Shown here: positions 12,991-24,769 of the stretch, in pieces
How positions within the stretch are numbered: position 1 is the stretch's first letter
Layout of the letters: each line of letters opens with the position of its first letter
Origin: Ostrea edulis
Taxonomy: Eukaryota
Assembly (NCBI RefSeq): GCF_947568905.1
Contig: NC_079164.1
Coordinates: 16,368,001 to 16,432,000 of the forward strand
DNA: 64,000 bases
Reading direction: 5' to 3'
Notes under the pieces: generated by a model
Told to the model about the DNA's origin: nothing
Databases searched by the model: none
Seen by the model: only the letters and a program-made list of their open reading frames with translations
Made by a program: the position numbers and the translations under genes

Positions 12991-14614
12991 AAAGAGAAGA
13001 AAGAAAAATAAAAACCTTCACATAACCAATGATATGAGTTTGTAAATGTTATCAAATGAAAAGAAAGCAATTTCAACCGTTCAAACAAAAACTAAAGAAA
13101 CATGTACAAGTTCATCTCAAGTTTAGCGATCTTTAAGTCTTAGAAATGCTTGACTACCGTGACGTCAGCGATCCTTCTTGTACAATAAACTTACAATGTA
13201 TAGTATACCTTTGGGTAGTGGTATTTGACTCGTTACGATTGAACCTCAGCAGGTTTGTTTTCTTTCACTGCTGAAATTTGCAGAGTGAAGGATATATTGA
13301 AACCAACTTACCACCTGTAAAAATACATAAAACTTTCACAGCCTCTCTCTTTTACTGTTCAAACAATTCAGATGTTGTTCTATTTGTTCCTCAGTCTAAT
13401 CTACACGAATTTGCAGTGTATCTCATTCTGACATATTGTAGTTGATCTAAATAGCTTTTGTATCTTTTATAACAAAAGTTAGATACTCAGGACGCCCTTA
13501 TAAACGATGAAGTGACATCTGTAGGTTTTTTTCGTTTTCTTCTAAATCGCAATTTATTCTTATTCTCTTCCCTTTCCGCTAGTCCATGCAGTACAAATCG
13601 TCTCATCTGACAAATTCTTTTAACTAGCAATTCTGATATTTGAATGTTCATTCCCCCACAAACACAGAAATTAGCGCTCATCCTCAAAATGTATCAACCT
13701 GCATATGCACAGATGCTGATAGATGAAAATAACGAAATCGGATTGATCGACCCTGTTATGGTGTGAACTCTTTGCACCTGTCCATTGCTACAGTAGGATG
13801 ATTCCGTCAGATTCAGTCAGTGTTCAACACCTATCATCTATACAAAACAAGTCTTCTTCGAGATGTCAAACACGTGGATCTCATTATACCAACGGACATT
13901 GCAGGGTACGTTACCGTGAGAATAAAAATGACATAACTCACACGGGAATGTGTTGTTGTCCTATTGTTTCCCTCATTAGTGTTTTTTGCATCCACGTGAT
14001 TTTGTAATGACTGGGAAATAGTTAGCTTTTGTGCAACCCAATGCGTATAACATTGTACCTAGATGAACATTACGCCTTATGCTATGTACAAAATTCTTAT
14101 ATTACTTTTCGAAAGACTTTCATTGAACTCCCTGGACCTTTTGGCACATTTGTAAACCCCCTTTAGAGCAAAATGTGCGTCATTTGTAACTTTTGAATAA
14201 ATTTGTCATCAAACGACAAAAGATACACTGTTGATAGGAATGGTGGAAATTTATTACATCAACATTGGAATCATACACCGGTTGAAAAAATAAACAAAAT
14301 TATATAATGTATATGGCACATTAAAACTTTCTGAAATAAATTCAGAAATAAATGTTTCCTTTGTAGTATTTTCACAAAATCACCGGTAACAGTTCATTTG
14401 ATTTCTTTTCGTTCTTTAGCATCAAAATGCTAATGCATAATACTGCGTGTATACACCGGGAAAGTATATGGCACAATGAAATGGATTGCACAAGAATATC
14501 GTAAACAGTTTCCTCAGAGGTGTCCACGCTACATCCCATCAGTCAAGAGAATGCGACATTTAGCCATCCTGATGCTGTTGATAAGTAATAAAATGGATGT
14601 CCATATCCCATCTT

Positions 14615-14728
14615 CTGAAAAATAGATCACAATGATAAGAATGTGGACTACTTGATCCTTACTTTAGATGTTTGTAAAATCTTGGATAAAAGTCTTTTGT
14701 GAATGGTTAACATCTAATGTGTTCTTAC
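14615..14728 (-). other. 3'-UTR intron of BH3 gene B (114 nt)
   Basis: Donor AAG|GTAAGA lies 3 nt after TGA. Acceptor is ctatttttcag|A at 14615. Candidate AATAAA at 14255-14250. Confidence 0.65.
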
Positions 14729-14731
14729 CTT

Positions 14732-14959
14732 TCATTCTATTAAATTTGTTAAGAGGGCAAATTGAGCAAGCTTTTCCTTCCAACTCTCTAAAATTGCATC
14801 TTTTAACTTCCTTTGCATCATTTGCATTAATTCCATCTTTAATGAAGAGTCCTTTTTGTCGAATTCATCTCCAATTTTTCTCAATTTGTTCACAATTTCG
14901 TCAATTATCTTCTCCTGGTCTTCCGCGTCACTGCCTTCTGCTACTCTGGTTATATCCAT
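14732..14959 (-). CDS. BH3-only-like protein B (75 aa)
   Basis: MDITRVAEGSDAEDQEKIIDEIVNKLRKIGDEFDKKDSS...KLKDAILESWKEKLAQFALLTNLIE*. BH3 core at 14858-14896. First ATG is at 14959 (CAAAATGG); the track ORF starts at an upstream TTG. Shares QEKII and LKDAI with gene A. Confidence 0.8.
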   Translation of the reverse strand: MDITRVAEGSDAEDQEKIIDEIVNKLRKIGDEFDKKDSSLKMELMQMMQRKLKDAILESWKEKLAQFALLTNLIE

Positions 14960-15042
14960 TTTGACTGCAGATTGCTTAAAAAGAAGTCTCTGTTTTCTTT
15001 CTTTGCTTTCAATACCACAATTATTGTAGCAACTCAACGATT

Positions 15043-15176
15043 TCGATATATAATGCAGATATCTTGACTTGTAAACTTATATACAATTTGTTCAATATGG
15101 CTGACGTAAAGTTGTAATGTGATTGGTTGAATGAAACTAGGCCAGTAGTCTAATGCCCTGTTGGAAGGGATATCCT
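15043..15176 (-). promoter_or_regulatory. Core promoter of BH3 gene B
   Basis: TATATAAG at 15083-15076 in a context matching gene A (TTGAACAAxTxGTATATAAGTxTAC). CRE/ATF-like TGACGTAA at 15102-15109, CCAATC at 15126-15121, CAGTAGTCTAATGCCCT at 15143-15159, kB-like GGGATATCCT at 15167-15176. Confidence 0.75.
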
Positions 15177-15263
15177 CCTTTATATTAATGCTATCATGAT
15201 ACATGTTCTGCAGGTGGATGACCTACGCCACCTGCAGGATAGACAAACCTTTAATAAAACGTT

Positions 15264-15265
<2 letters not shown>

Positions 15266-15315
<50 letters not shown>
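15266..15315. repeat. (TA)n microsatellite upstream of gene B
   Basis: About 25 perfect TA units. Confidence 0.95.
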
Positions 15316-15319
<4 letters not shown>

Positions 15320-17059
15320 TTCCAGATTGCAAAAGAATGTAAAACAAAATAAAAATGAAAAATGACAATATTTAAAAATATTTTTGCCTTATTTTTGGGT
15401 TTTGTTGTTGTTTTTTTTGGGTTTTTTTTGCTTCTAAGTAAAATATTTTTTTTAAAATACAAGCAAACATGTTGTGAACTTTTACTTTAATTTCTCTATC
15501 TAATACGTTTATTAGATTTATTTATTCAATTTATAATTCATCCGTATTAATCGATTACGATCACTCTTTTGGATTCGGTATGCAGATGGTGCATGCTCTA
15601 CAACCATGTGCAATGTACTAATTTTAATCTGATTAGGCTAACAATGCATTTACAATTAGTTCACAATTAGTTCAAACAATATGCACACCTTATTATTTAT
15701 GTTTTTGTCTTTGCCACCCCCATGAATGTCCTTTTAACGAGGTGATAACTAATGATAATCCAGGGGAGGGGGGGAGTGGGAGAACACAATTATATGTTGC
15801 ACAAATTCACGAGATTCAGCATGGATTACGAATGGATATAATGCAATAGATGGAACAAGTATACATTAGTATATGCATTTAGATGAATACAATAATTACG
15901 GATTGTTTAAAATACCTGTATTTATTTTTGTTTATAATTTATTAATTTTTTTCACAAATATCAACGTAAGACAAAGGCACATTTGTCATTTTTTCTAACC
16001 ACTTTCACACACTTTCATACTCACACTCATACTTTTGTTGGGAAGTGCTTGCATTTTTAATATAATTGTAGAAGAAAAATTATAACAATACTGAATAAAT
16101 AAATAAAAATACATGTGGCTTCAAAAGTAGAAAAAAAATAATGCTTAAATTAGCAAAATTATGATTTTTTTTATGTTGTCAAAAAGTGCTTTCCATCCAT
16201 GCCAGGTATTTTCAAATTCTTGTATTTCTAAGTTCTGGTATTAGTTTAAAATATCTAATAGGTACATTTTGTACGAATTTTGTTTTACATTTGATCCTCG
16301 TTTTGCCTCTTTTATTTTGAAATCAGGTGAAAAAATCATGATAAAGGGAATGAAAGAGAAAAGGCGATACTCATATAATTGGATTGAATATTATACTTTG
16401 TAGATGTCTTTGCTGTCAGTGTTTCATCTCTAAGCATTGTAGTTTGATAAATGGCTTAAGACATAAAAATCAATTTATTGCAATGCAACAACCATAATGC
16501 ATCCATAAGATTCTTCTTACATAGATATAGAATTAACAGAATTATCCTGAGGAATACTGATACACCGATACATAATTAACCGATTCAATAGCTTACAAAG
16601 TACAGAAATTATCAATTTGCATTCACGAGTCGGAGTCAGTGGCCGACGGAAATAGCCATATGCATTATAGATGATGTCCTGAGAGTCGGTGTGAACGCTC
16701 GCCCTCTGTCAGGATATACTATATCTATACACAGTTACCAAGGTGTACATTTTAAATCTTGTCCTACTACCCTGGTTTCAATCCAGGATTTTAACAATGT
16801 TCTGATGTATAAAGTTGTCCGTGAAACAGGATACAAATTTCAAATATAGGGCATACATATGTATCCTCAGTGTGCCTCCTTAGATAAGACGGAACTTTTT
16901 AACTTAAGTTCTAAAGAGCATGCTGTAGCAAATGCATCTTTGATTGGTAGTTAGAAACAACAACCACTACTCAATAACATTAGTTACGATATTTGAGGAA
17001 ATACATAAACAGTGGAGAGTGTAATTCATTTAAAGTCAAGCTTAGTTTCACATCATACC

Positions 17060-17700
17060 TCTAGTAAGAACAGGAAAGGCAAATATAACTAACAGTGATC
17101 AATCTCATAACTCCCAGGCGGAATAAAAAATAAAGAGTTGGGCAAACACGGACACCTGGACATACCAGAAGTGGGGGTCAGGTGTTAAGGAGGAGTAAGC
17201 ATCCCTTTTCGGACAGTCACATCCGTCGTGAGCCCTATGTCTTGATCAGCTAAACGGTGTAATCCGTCGTCAAAATCAGTGTGCAATGATGGCCTAACAA
17301 TCGGTATGATTTGATTGATTTTATATTCTCTAACGTCTCACTCCAGAATTTTTCACTCATATGGAGACGTTCAATCGGTATGGAAAACGTCAAACCGCAT
17401 TTGACTAAATGATAAGTGATAAGGGCAAACTAGATAGCTATAACAACTATAGAATTTGCGAAATGCAGACTTCAAACGAGACTGTTGAAACCCCTGTAGC
17501 ACCAACTTGTTTGTCAGTAGCCGGTATCGATTTAAAAACTGATCATACGCAGAACAAGCTCTTGAGGTCTTGTGTATCGAATCTGTTGAGATATATAAAC
17601 ACCATATGCAGGTAATAGTTGAATATTGCTCATTAACATGGGGAGTTGACGATGGAGAAGCTGCAATCATCCCGTTTGTCATACAATTGACATCCAAACA
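17060..17700 (-). mobile_element. Penelope-like 3' fragment
   Basis: RACSAYDQFLNRYRLLTNKLVLQGFQQSRLKSAFRKFY...FHTD* plus the family terminus. Confidence 0.8.
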
Positions 17701-19529
17701 CTTTCAAAAATGCACTAAAAATTATAGCATTGCTCTTGCATTGAAGAAATATATGCCATTATTGTTACTTGAACCTCGTACTTAAGGAGGTTTTACCGCT
17801 ATGTCATAATTTCGTAATACCATTATGGGTAAAGTACTTGTGATAAAAAGTAGAAAAGATATAAGAATGAAAAGGTAAAGGTAGATATTATGATATGAAC
17901 AAGTAATTTCCGGGATGTACATTGATATATTACAGGTATCAGACGCCGAAAGTTAACAAAACAGAGTATAGCTCTCGAAGATTTCATTGTATATAGTGGA
18001 ATTGCCATGCGTCTTTTGTCTAATACATGTACATCTATAACCGATTTCACGTGAAACGGTTCATAATAAAAGGAAAGGTGAACAATTGAATTATGTAAAA
18101 CTTTTTGTTTTCAGTCCATCCGAAAAACGATTTCATTCAAAATGACAGGTCACTAGCTTTGAGTGAAGTGCCACAGATTTTGACTTATGCATGCACTCCG
18201 TTTATAGAGCTCATGGTGTATATGACCGGTCGACAAGGGATGCTTACTCCTCCTGTGCACCTGGGGTCCGTTTCACAAAAAGGCCTACGACCATATGAAA
18301 GTTTCGTCGGACGTAAAAACACGACTAAGTCACAAAACCGGACTAATATGCGTTTCATAAAACAGACTACGTTTGCACCCGACTAAATTTATGGCTTAAA
18401 TTTAGGCTTGCCCATGACCATGTGAAACTCTTAGTCTGTTAAGAACTAAACAACTAAACAAATAATGGCGACGGTGTTGATTTTGAAGCAACGCAGACAG
18501 CGGCAAAAAAGGAAAGGATTTTCAGAGATCGATCAAATTGTGATGTTTTTGTTAATTCCTATCGTTATAAACTTCAAACAGTTCTGCTTAAAGTGGAATC
18601 CATTGCATTAATGCATTGTAAAAACAAATAGTCACACCTAATATTTCAAAAATTGTTTTGTATGATATATATAGTGAAAAATGTTTCTGGGAACAAACTT
18701 ATGGGCAACTACTGTACATGTATATCTGATGATGAATATTGAAAGCTTTCAATTTAAAAAATAATTCATTTGACTTGCATTTATACGAAAACCACGGTAC
18801 GTAAAACGTTACAGGCATGTTTTAAAATTATTCTATTTTAGTACCAAGGAACATTAATGTCGAGCGTCTAGAAATTTATTCTCTCCAATCAATCAAGTTT
18901 AAAGAAAAAGAAATTGTATCCACTGACCTATAAGTTACAATTTTTATATCCTCCAAGTTGTGATGGTAATCTATTAAAGAGGGTAAAGACTGCATATTGA
19001 GTCCTTATTTTAAATTTTGGGGAAGAGTGGGGGGAAGGTAAATTCCAACAACATGTTATAGCATTTTTCCTTTTAATATTCATCTGAACGTTTGGTATAT
19101 TTCATCTTTTGAAAGACTAAACTACTTACTATTTGGTGATTTCGTTCCAGATTCCCTTCTTTTTCTCCGAAGTGATATCTCTAAAAAATTTGCAAACAGA
19201 ATTTCACTATTTTCGCGAATTGATGATGCTAGCACTTGTTATTCATCATCCGTTCAATTACGTTTTCTTTTAATGATAAATACGTCATTATATTTTGTCT
19301 TGAATACTGAATTAGACGACAGTAGCAATGCACGAAATATACATGCTTTCCTGCAATGAACTGTTGAAATGTAGAAGTTATACACGCAATATACATGCTT
19401 GATGACACTACAATTCCAGTAATTTTGTTGCGTTAATGTGTATTTCACACATGTATATACAAGTGAAACTAATTTACCATGTGCTTCCCAGGTCATTTTA
19501 ACTATTACCCTAGTGAACTCAAATTAAAA

Positions 19530-20500
19530 GACACCACGGAGTCTTCCATATCTGTTTCACACTTGAACATATTATTGAACATAGCTGTTAACGGCATATT
19601 AACAACTCAACGTTAACAAAAACGGGATGACTTCAGCATCTCCATCGTCAACTTCCCATATTTATGTAGCAACATTCCATTATTTCTTACATATTCTGTT
19701 TATCTGTCCTAACTGATTCGATATCCAAGAGCTTTTTATAGGTATTGTCAGTTTTTAACACGAGGTAGGCTATTGACAAACAAGTTGATGTTACAGGTGT
19801 TTCAACAGTCTCCTTTAAAGTCAGCATTTCTCAAATTATATGTCGTTATAATGATGCAAGGTGAAGATAACGAACAGTGAACAATCTCATAACTCCTACA
19901 AGCAATACAAAATAGATAGTTGGGCAAACACGGACCCCTGGACACACCAGAGGTGGGATCAGGTGCCTAGGAGGAGTAAGCATCCCCTGTTGATCTAATT
20001 TACCAATAAGACCCGCCATGACATGTTTTATACCACTTGAGTCTGTTCTTTACACACTGATTTTGATTTTGACTACAAATTAATCCGTTTACCCGATCGA
20101 AAAATATTGCTCGTGTGAATGGTCGACAGGGGATGTTTACTCCTCCTAGGCACCTCTGTATATGTCCAGGGGCCCGTGTTTGCCCTAGCCTACTCTTAAT
20201 TTTGTATTCTTTATAAGATTTATGGGATTGATCAATATTTGTTATCTTCACTTTTTCAATATAACATGAAAAGGTCCGTTCTTGTTATAGAAAGTCAGGT
20301 AATATTTTGGCAATTACCTTCATCTGGACAACTTCTGTTTGTATTTTGCATTCCCGATTTTGACTTTTTTCGGCTTCTCAATAAGATCGCAGGTTGTTTT
20401 CGAATTGGTCCAATTGCGACATCAACTTGAAAAATAGAAACTTGGCTTGCTTATGGGAGTTATGAGATTGATCACTGGTCGTTATCTTCACCTTTCATTC
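19530..20500. mobile_element. Rearranged Penelope-like fragments in alternating orientation
   Basis: Plus-strand RT thumb at 19530-19855, minus-strand terminus at 19858-20000, plus-strand termini at 20000-20250 and 20445-20500. Confidence 0.75.
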
Positions 20501-20577
20501 TTATGTTTAGATTTTCAACCACTCTCGTTGTGAAATTAACAAATATATCATATCATACGATAACCAGGCTTGAAGAC

Positions 20578-21342
20578 AATAAACTGAGAATAGACTTAAG
20601 GTGGATTGATCCTCATTTGACTTATCAATATGAATGGTTAAAAGTTGAAAAACTGTATTAATTTCCACTCAATATAATTTAATTTAATAAATAACCGAAG
20701 AAAATGTGTATGTTGCCACCTTTTTAAAGATGTCCGACATACAAAAACAGAAGTATATATCAACATTAAACAATCACACAATTTCGTTAAACAGAATAAT
20801 GAAAATTAATAAATACTTACTGAAATGACAAATTTTAAATGTCAACAGTTTAAGAAAACTGCTAATTCATAGATATATCAAGATTAATTGGGGATATTAG
20901 GGCAATCATTGTGTCATAGACATGCAGTATAGGAAATTCCAGCATAGGAGTTATTGCCCTTGACAACATTTTTAAAATTATAAATAATTTATTATCTATG
21001 GAAAATAAAACTTTTTCAGTATCAAAAGTTTACCAAATTTTTTTACTTTATTCAGTGAATGAAATTCCTCTGAAAAATATATTTCTACTATGCGCAAAAT
21101 TTAATTAAATAAAGATTTTGCAAAAACCTGTGACATCACATGAGGATCGATCAACCTTAAGTCAATTTTTTTAATTATTATTTACACCTTAAAGATTCAT
21201 CTAGCACAGATATTTGAAAAATGATGGTTTATTTAAAAAATCAATGCAAACATATACTGAATTTTTTTTTTTTTTTATAAAAATTATTTCAAAAGTATGT
21301 TGGATTTTAGATTTAGACTTAAGTTTTTCTCAGTTTATGGTC
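20578..21342. mobile_element. MITE-like element with ~22-bp imperfect TIRs; related internal sequence at ~47800-48090
   Basis: Left end ataaactgagaatagacttaag versus right end cttaagtttttctcagtttat. The internal block 20760-21000 resembles 47810-48060. Confidence 0.55.
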
Positions 21343-22303
21343 TCGAGGCAGCACTTCATTCGTCTGGCAACATAAAAACATAATTTCTATAAATATAAAG
21401 TATATACAAACCAGTGTGAGTGGTTTAAGATTTAAAAAACCTAATTTCAAGCATTTGAAGGAAATCGTCAGATAATGATTTTGCAGTTATAAACATACAT
21501 AAGAATTTAGTTTTAAAATAATTTTTATTGAATATAGAAAGCAACAATAAGAAATAACACACCATTGCTTTGGATGTGGGAATCACTAACAAATAATTAT
21601 GAAAACGATATGAAAGTAACAAAACATCTGGCGAATGTAAACCAAATGGTACAGAGACAGAGTTAATCGAAGCCAATCATTACAATGGCTTATACACAAA
21701 ACACATTACAAATGTGAAAAAAGTAAATGTAGCATGAAATAAGTTTTGCTGATTTGACTGAAAAATAATGGTACGCTGTGTATAAATAATCTATGTTTAC
21801 TTTGACTTCACTAATGGTAAACAGGAATTCATTTTAACTCACTAGAAAAAGATAAACAACATGCTTAATTATACTTAGTCAAAATTGTCTTTACTTAACT
21901 GAAACAAAACTGGAAAATGGACATAAATTGATATCATGTTTGAAATTTCAATTCATAAACTAGTGAAAAATACTCAACATTGTTCATACAAGTTTCTATA
22001 ATACACCGGATACACATTACTGACGTTTGGCACATCAATCCTGAGATAAGTAAAACCGTTTCACCTGAGATCGTTTAAGTGTGCAGAAAGTACAAGAGTT
22101 CTCGTAAAGTTTATGTATAATTATATATCATCCAAGTAGTATATATATGTACATATTTATATACATATATATGATATCACAGCTCCAATGTGAAACGCAC
22201 GACGAATATCCACTTTCACTCTGGTAAAACTATCAGCACATCATATTGAGCGTTATGACTCTTGTGTATACAGCTGCCCATGTAGCTAATTGATATATAC
22301 AAT

Positions 22304-22488
22304 CTGCAAATTAAAATTACATTTATTAGTATATCATTGGTTTGAATAAGTTATAATTCATTTGACAATATAGATATGTTTTAATTCATTGATGAGTGTT
22401 ATGAACAATTTTATAATTCATTTGACAATATAGATAGGTTTTAATTCATTAATGAGTGTTATGACCAATTTTACATCAAAGTACTCAC
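22304..22488 (-). other. 3'-UTR intron of BH3 gene C (185 nt), containing a 60-bp tandem duplication
   Basis: Donor AAG|GTGAGT lies 25 nt after TAG. Acceptor is ttttaatttgcag|A at 22304. The unit ttataattcatttgacaatataga...tgagtgttatga(a/c)caatt occurs twice at ~22352-22472. Confidence 0.65.
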
Positions 22489-22513
22489 CTTAAGATCCCA
22501 GACTCTGTAGGTA

Positions 22514-22756
22514 CTATACAGCCATTGCAAGGTGTTTCAGTGAAACAAACATCAATTCTTCGAAGTACCTCCTCATCCTTTTTGCAGTATTACTTCTGTC
22601 TAAGGAATGTGTTTTGTCCAACTCGTCTCCAATTGTCCTCAACCGTTCAGCAACAATTCGTATTGTTTTCTGCTGATTCTCTATGTTGGAGATTTCGATA
22701 TCACCAAAATCATTTACTTCTATAACCTCCATGATGTGTTTATGTTCCTGCTCCAT
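22514..22756 (-). CDS. BH3-only-like protein C (80 aa)
   Basis: MEQEHKH...NQQKTIRIVAERLRTIGDELDKTHSL...RYFEELMFVSLKHLAMAV*. The core VAERLRTIGDELD (22616-22654) closely resembles BIM (IAQELRRIGDEFN) and BIK (LALRLACIGDEMD). Confidence 0.8.
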   Translation of the reverse strand: MEQEHKHIMEVIEVNDFGDIEISNIENQQKTIRIVAERLRTIGDELDKTHSLDRSNTAKRMRRYFEELMFVSLKHLAMAV

Positions 22757-22809
22757 TGCTACAACTATCTGAACTTACATGTAACTGCTTCGTACGTGGA
22801 AAGTAAATG

Positions 22810-22945
22810 TATCGATACTAAATTCTCATTCAATAGGCCATTATATATACATACTGAGATATACATGTCAATATCCAATGTGCTGATCCGATTGGACACC
22901 AGTAACTGTGTCAGTAGTCTAATGCCCTACTGTCCGGGATACTCG
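22810..22945 (-). promoter_or_regulatory. Core promoter of BH3 gene C
   Basis: TATATATAA at 22849-22841, CCAATC at 22895-22890, CAGTAGTCTAATGCCCT at 22912-22928 (identical to gene B), kB-like GGGATACTCG at 22936-22945, and TATCGATA near the inferred TSS (22810-22817). Confidence 0.75.
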
Positions 22946-24769
22946 TGTATTAACTGTTACATGGTCCGGCAGGTTAATGAACCATTGCAACCTGCAGCGT
23001 GTGGGAAGAGTCTGATTATTGACTCCTGGAAAATTAATATGTGCATGTTGTATCTTCATCCCCTCGTTTGATAGTTGTTAGTGTTTATATTGTTCCCGTT
23101 ATACATACATGTTATCCAAAAACATGGCCAAAGTTTGAAATCTATCAAATTAGTTTGTTGTCCATGATATTGTATCTTCTAATCGTTTCTTGCAATTTAC
23201 AATGTTTGATTACAATTGTAAATCTCGATAACAGGAAAAATCAGCTTTTTGAATTGCATTGAATCGAGATATTCTGCTACCATTTTAAAACAAAACCAAA
23301 ATATTAACAAATTAAGACATAAAATAAACAATTTTTCAAATATTTGATATCAAAATGCGTAGGAATTGGCAATTTAAAAAAATACATATCATAAATTTAG
23401 TACTGAGTAATACCTTAAAATGATGAATCGTTAATGGGTTTTGCTTTACAAAAAAAATGCTTTTATAATTTCTATTAGCAATATGTTTATTTGTGTTGTT
23501 CTCTTATATGCTATATACTACATGTACAGTTGGTCGCATTTCATTATAAGTTAAAGATATTCTCAATAGGACGCAAAACAACCTCTTTTAACAACAGGTA
23601 AACGTTAGTAAACCGTCGTTCAATATACATCGCGGTAGGCTTATTTATGAATCTTCCATTGCCTCACACTAAGCCAAGAAGATTGAGACTGGGGTCAATG
23701 TTTCAGGCGGCGACCCTCCCTTTATAGATATAATTGATTATTAACTGAATATGATAGTACATAGTTTACCAATCTCCTTATATGTCACGCACATTTCCTT
23801 TTGAAATCTTTCATCAGCGTCTTTTCTTATTCTTCTATAGGGCGTTTACCTTATTGTTCTACCTGTACTGCTCTACCAATAGTAGAGCATAGGAAAAATA
23901 AGTGAATAGAGATTACTGCACATTACAGCGTGACTATGTACAACTGCACAAATATGTTGTTTTATAAACATGTAAGACTTATTTCTGTTGTCAAATCGAT
24001 GCAATATACATTATGGCAAACCAAGTTTTAATTGTATAATATGTAAATTTCATGCTACTCTTGCATGATGATTCAACTCACTTACTAATACATAGACACT
24101 TTATGATACAAATGCGTTATAGAGGTATTAAATAGCGATATATACATGTATCTAGAATTGCATCAGATCTTATTATGTGAGCCCTATACCCACACCATGG
24201 GATGAACAACCTTGGAGGCTGATGTCGTTGGTCTGTATGCAACAGATGATTTCTACAGAATTTATCAGAGTTTTCCACTTACTATGTAAACAATAGTATC
24301 AGAGGCAAGGGTGGCGGGTGATTCATTGATGGATTTTACAGTTTACTGTCAAGATAACTGTTCCTCATTTTAATGCCTGTGCCCTTCATATCAAACATGA
24401 AGACTTTCTTCAAAGTTAACATTACAGCAATGTGAAATGGAAAATGTTAAGCTTTGTCAAATATGTACAGGCATGTACTCTCCTTAGATCATAGTGATTC
24501 ACGTAGATAACGTTCAGTTATGTAACAAATTCAAATTTAATTGATACTTAAGGTCCCTGAATACACAAACAAACTTGAGAATTATGTTTCGACCACGGTG
24601 TTTGCATTTAAAATTATTATGTAGTTTCCTATTGATTATCAAATACCTTAAATTTGTATAACAACAAGGTTGGTTGATACAATGCTAATCCTCAATGAGG
24701 GGACTGGTGAAGAATTAGATATAGTATACACAAGTACTTCGAAGTTGATTTTAAAGAGATGTTAAAGTC

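Noticed and set aside
13487-13687. 66-aa ORF ending SFIRAS* (gene A has SFIRGS), a possible fourth paralogue
   Set aside because: No Gly-Asp BH3 core, and no TATA/CCAAT/CAGTAG promoter block upstream.
15180-15462. ORFs with (YI)n runs, also at 57843-58091
   Set aside because: Translations of (TA)n microsatellites.
21425-21676. ORF starting MASIN like the gene A track ORF
   Set aside because: TTG start, no BH3, and it probably lies in the gene C 3' UTR; similarity is limited to a few codons.
22861-23130. p53-like half sites near BH3 promoters (ATACATGTCA, AAACATGGCC; also ~15198)
   Set aside because: Only mismatched single half-sites, and ACATGT is very common in this genome.
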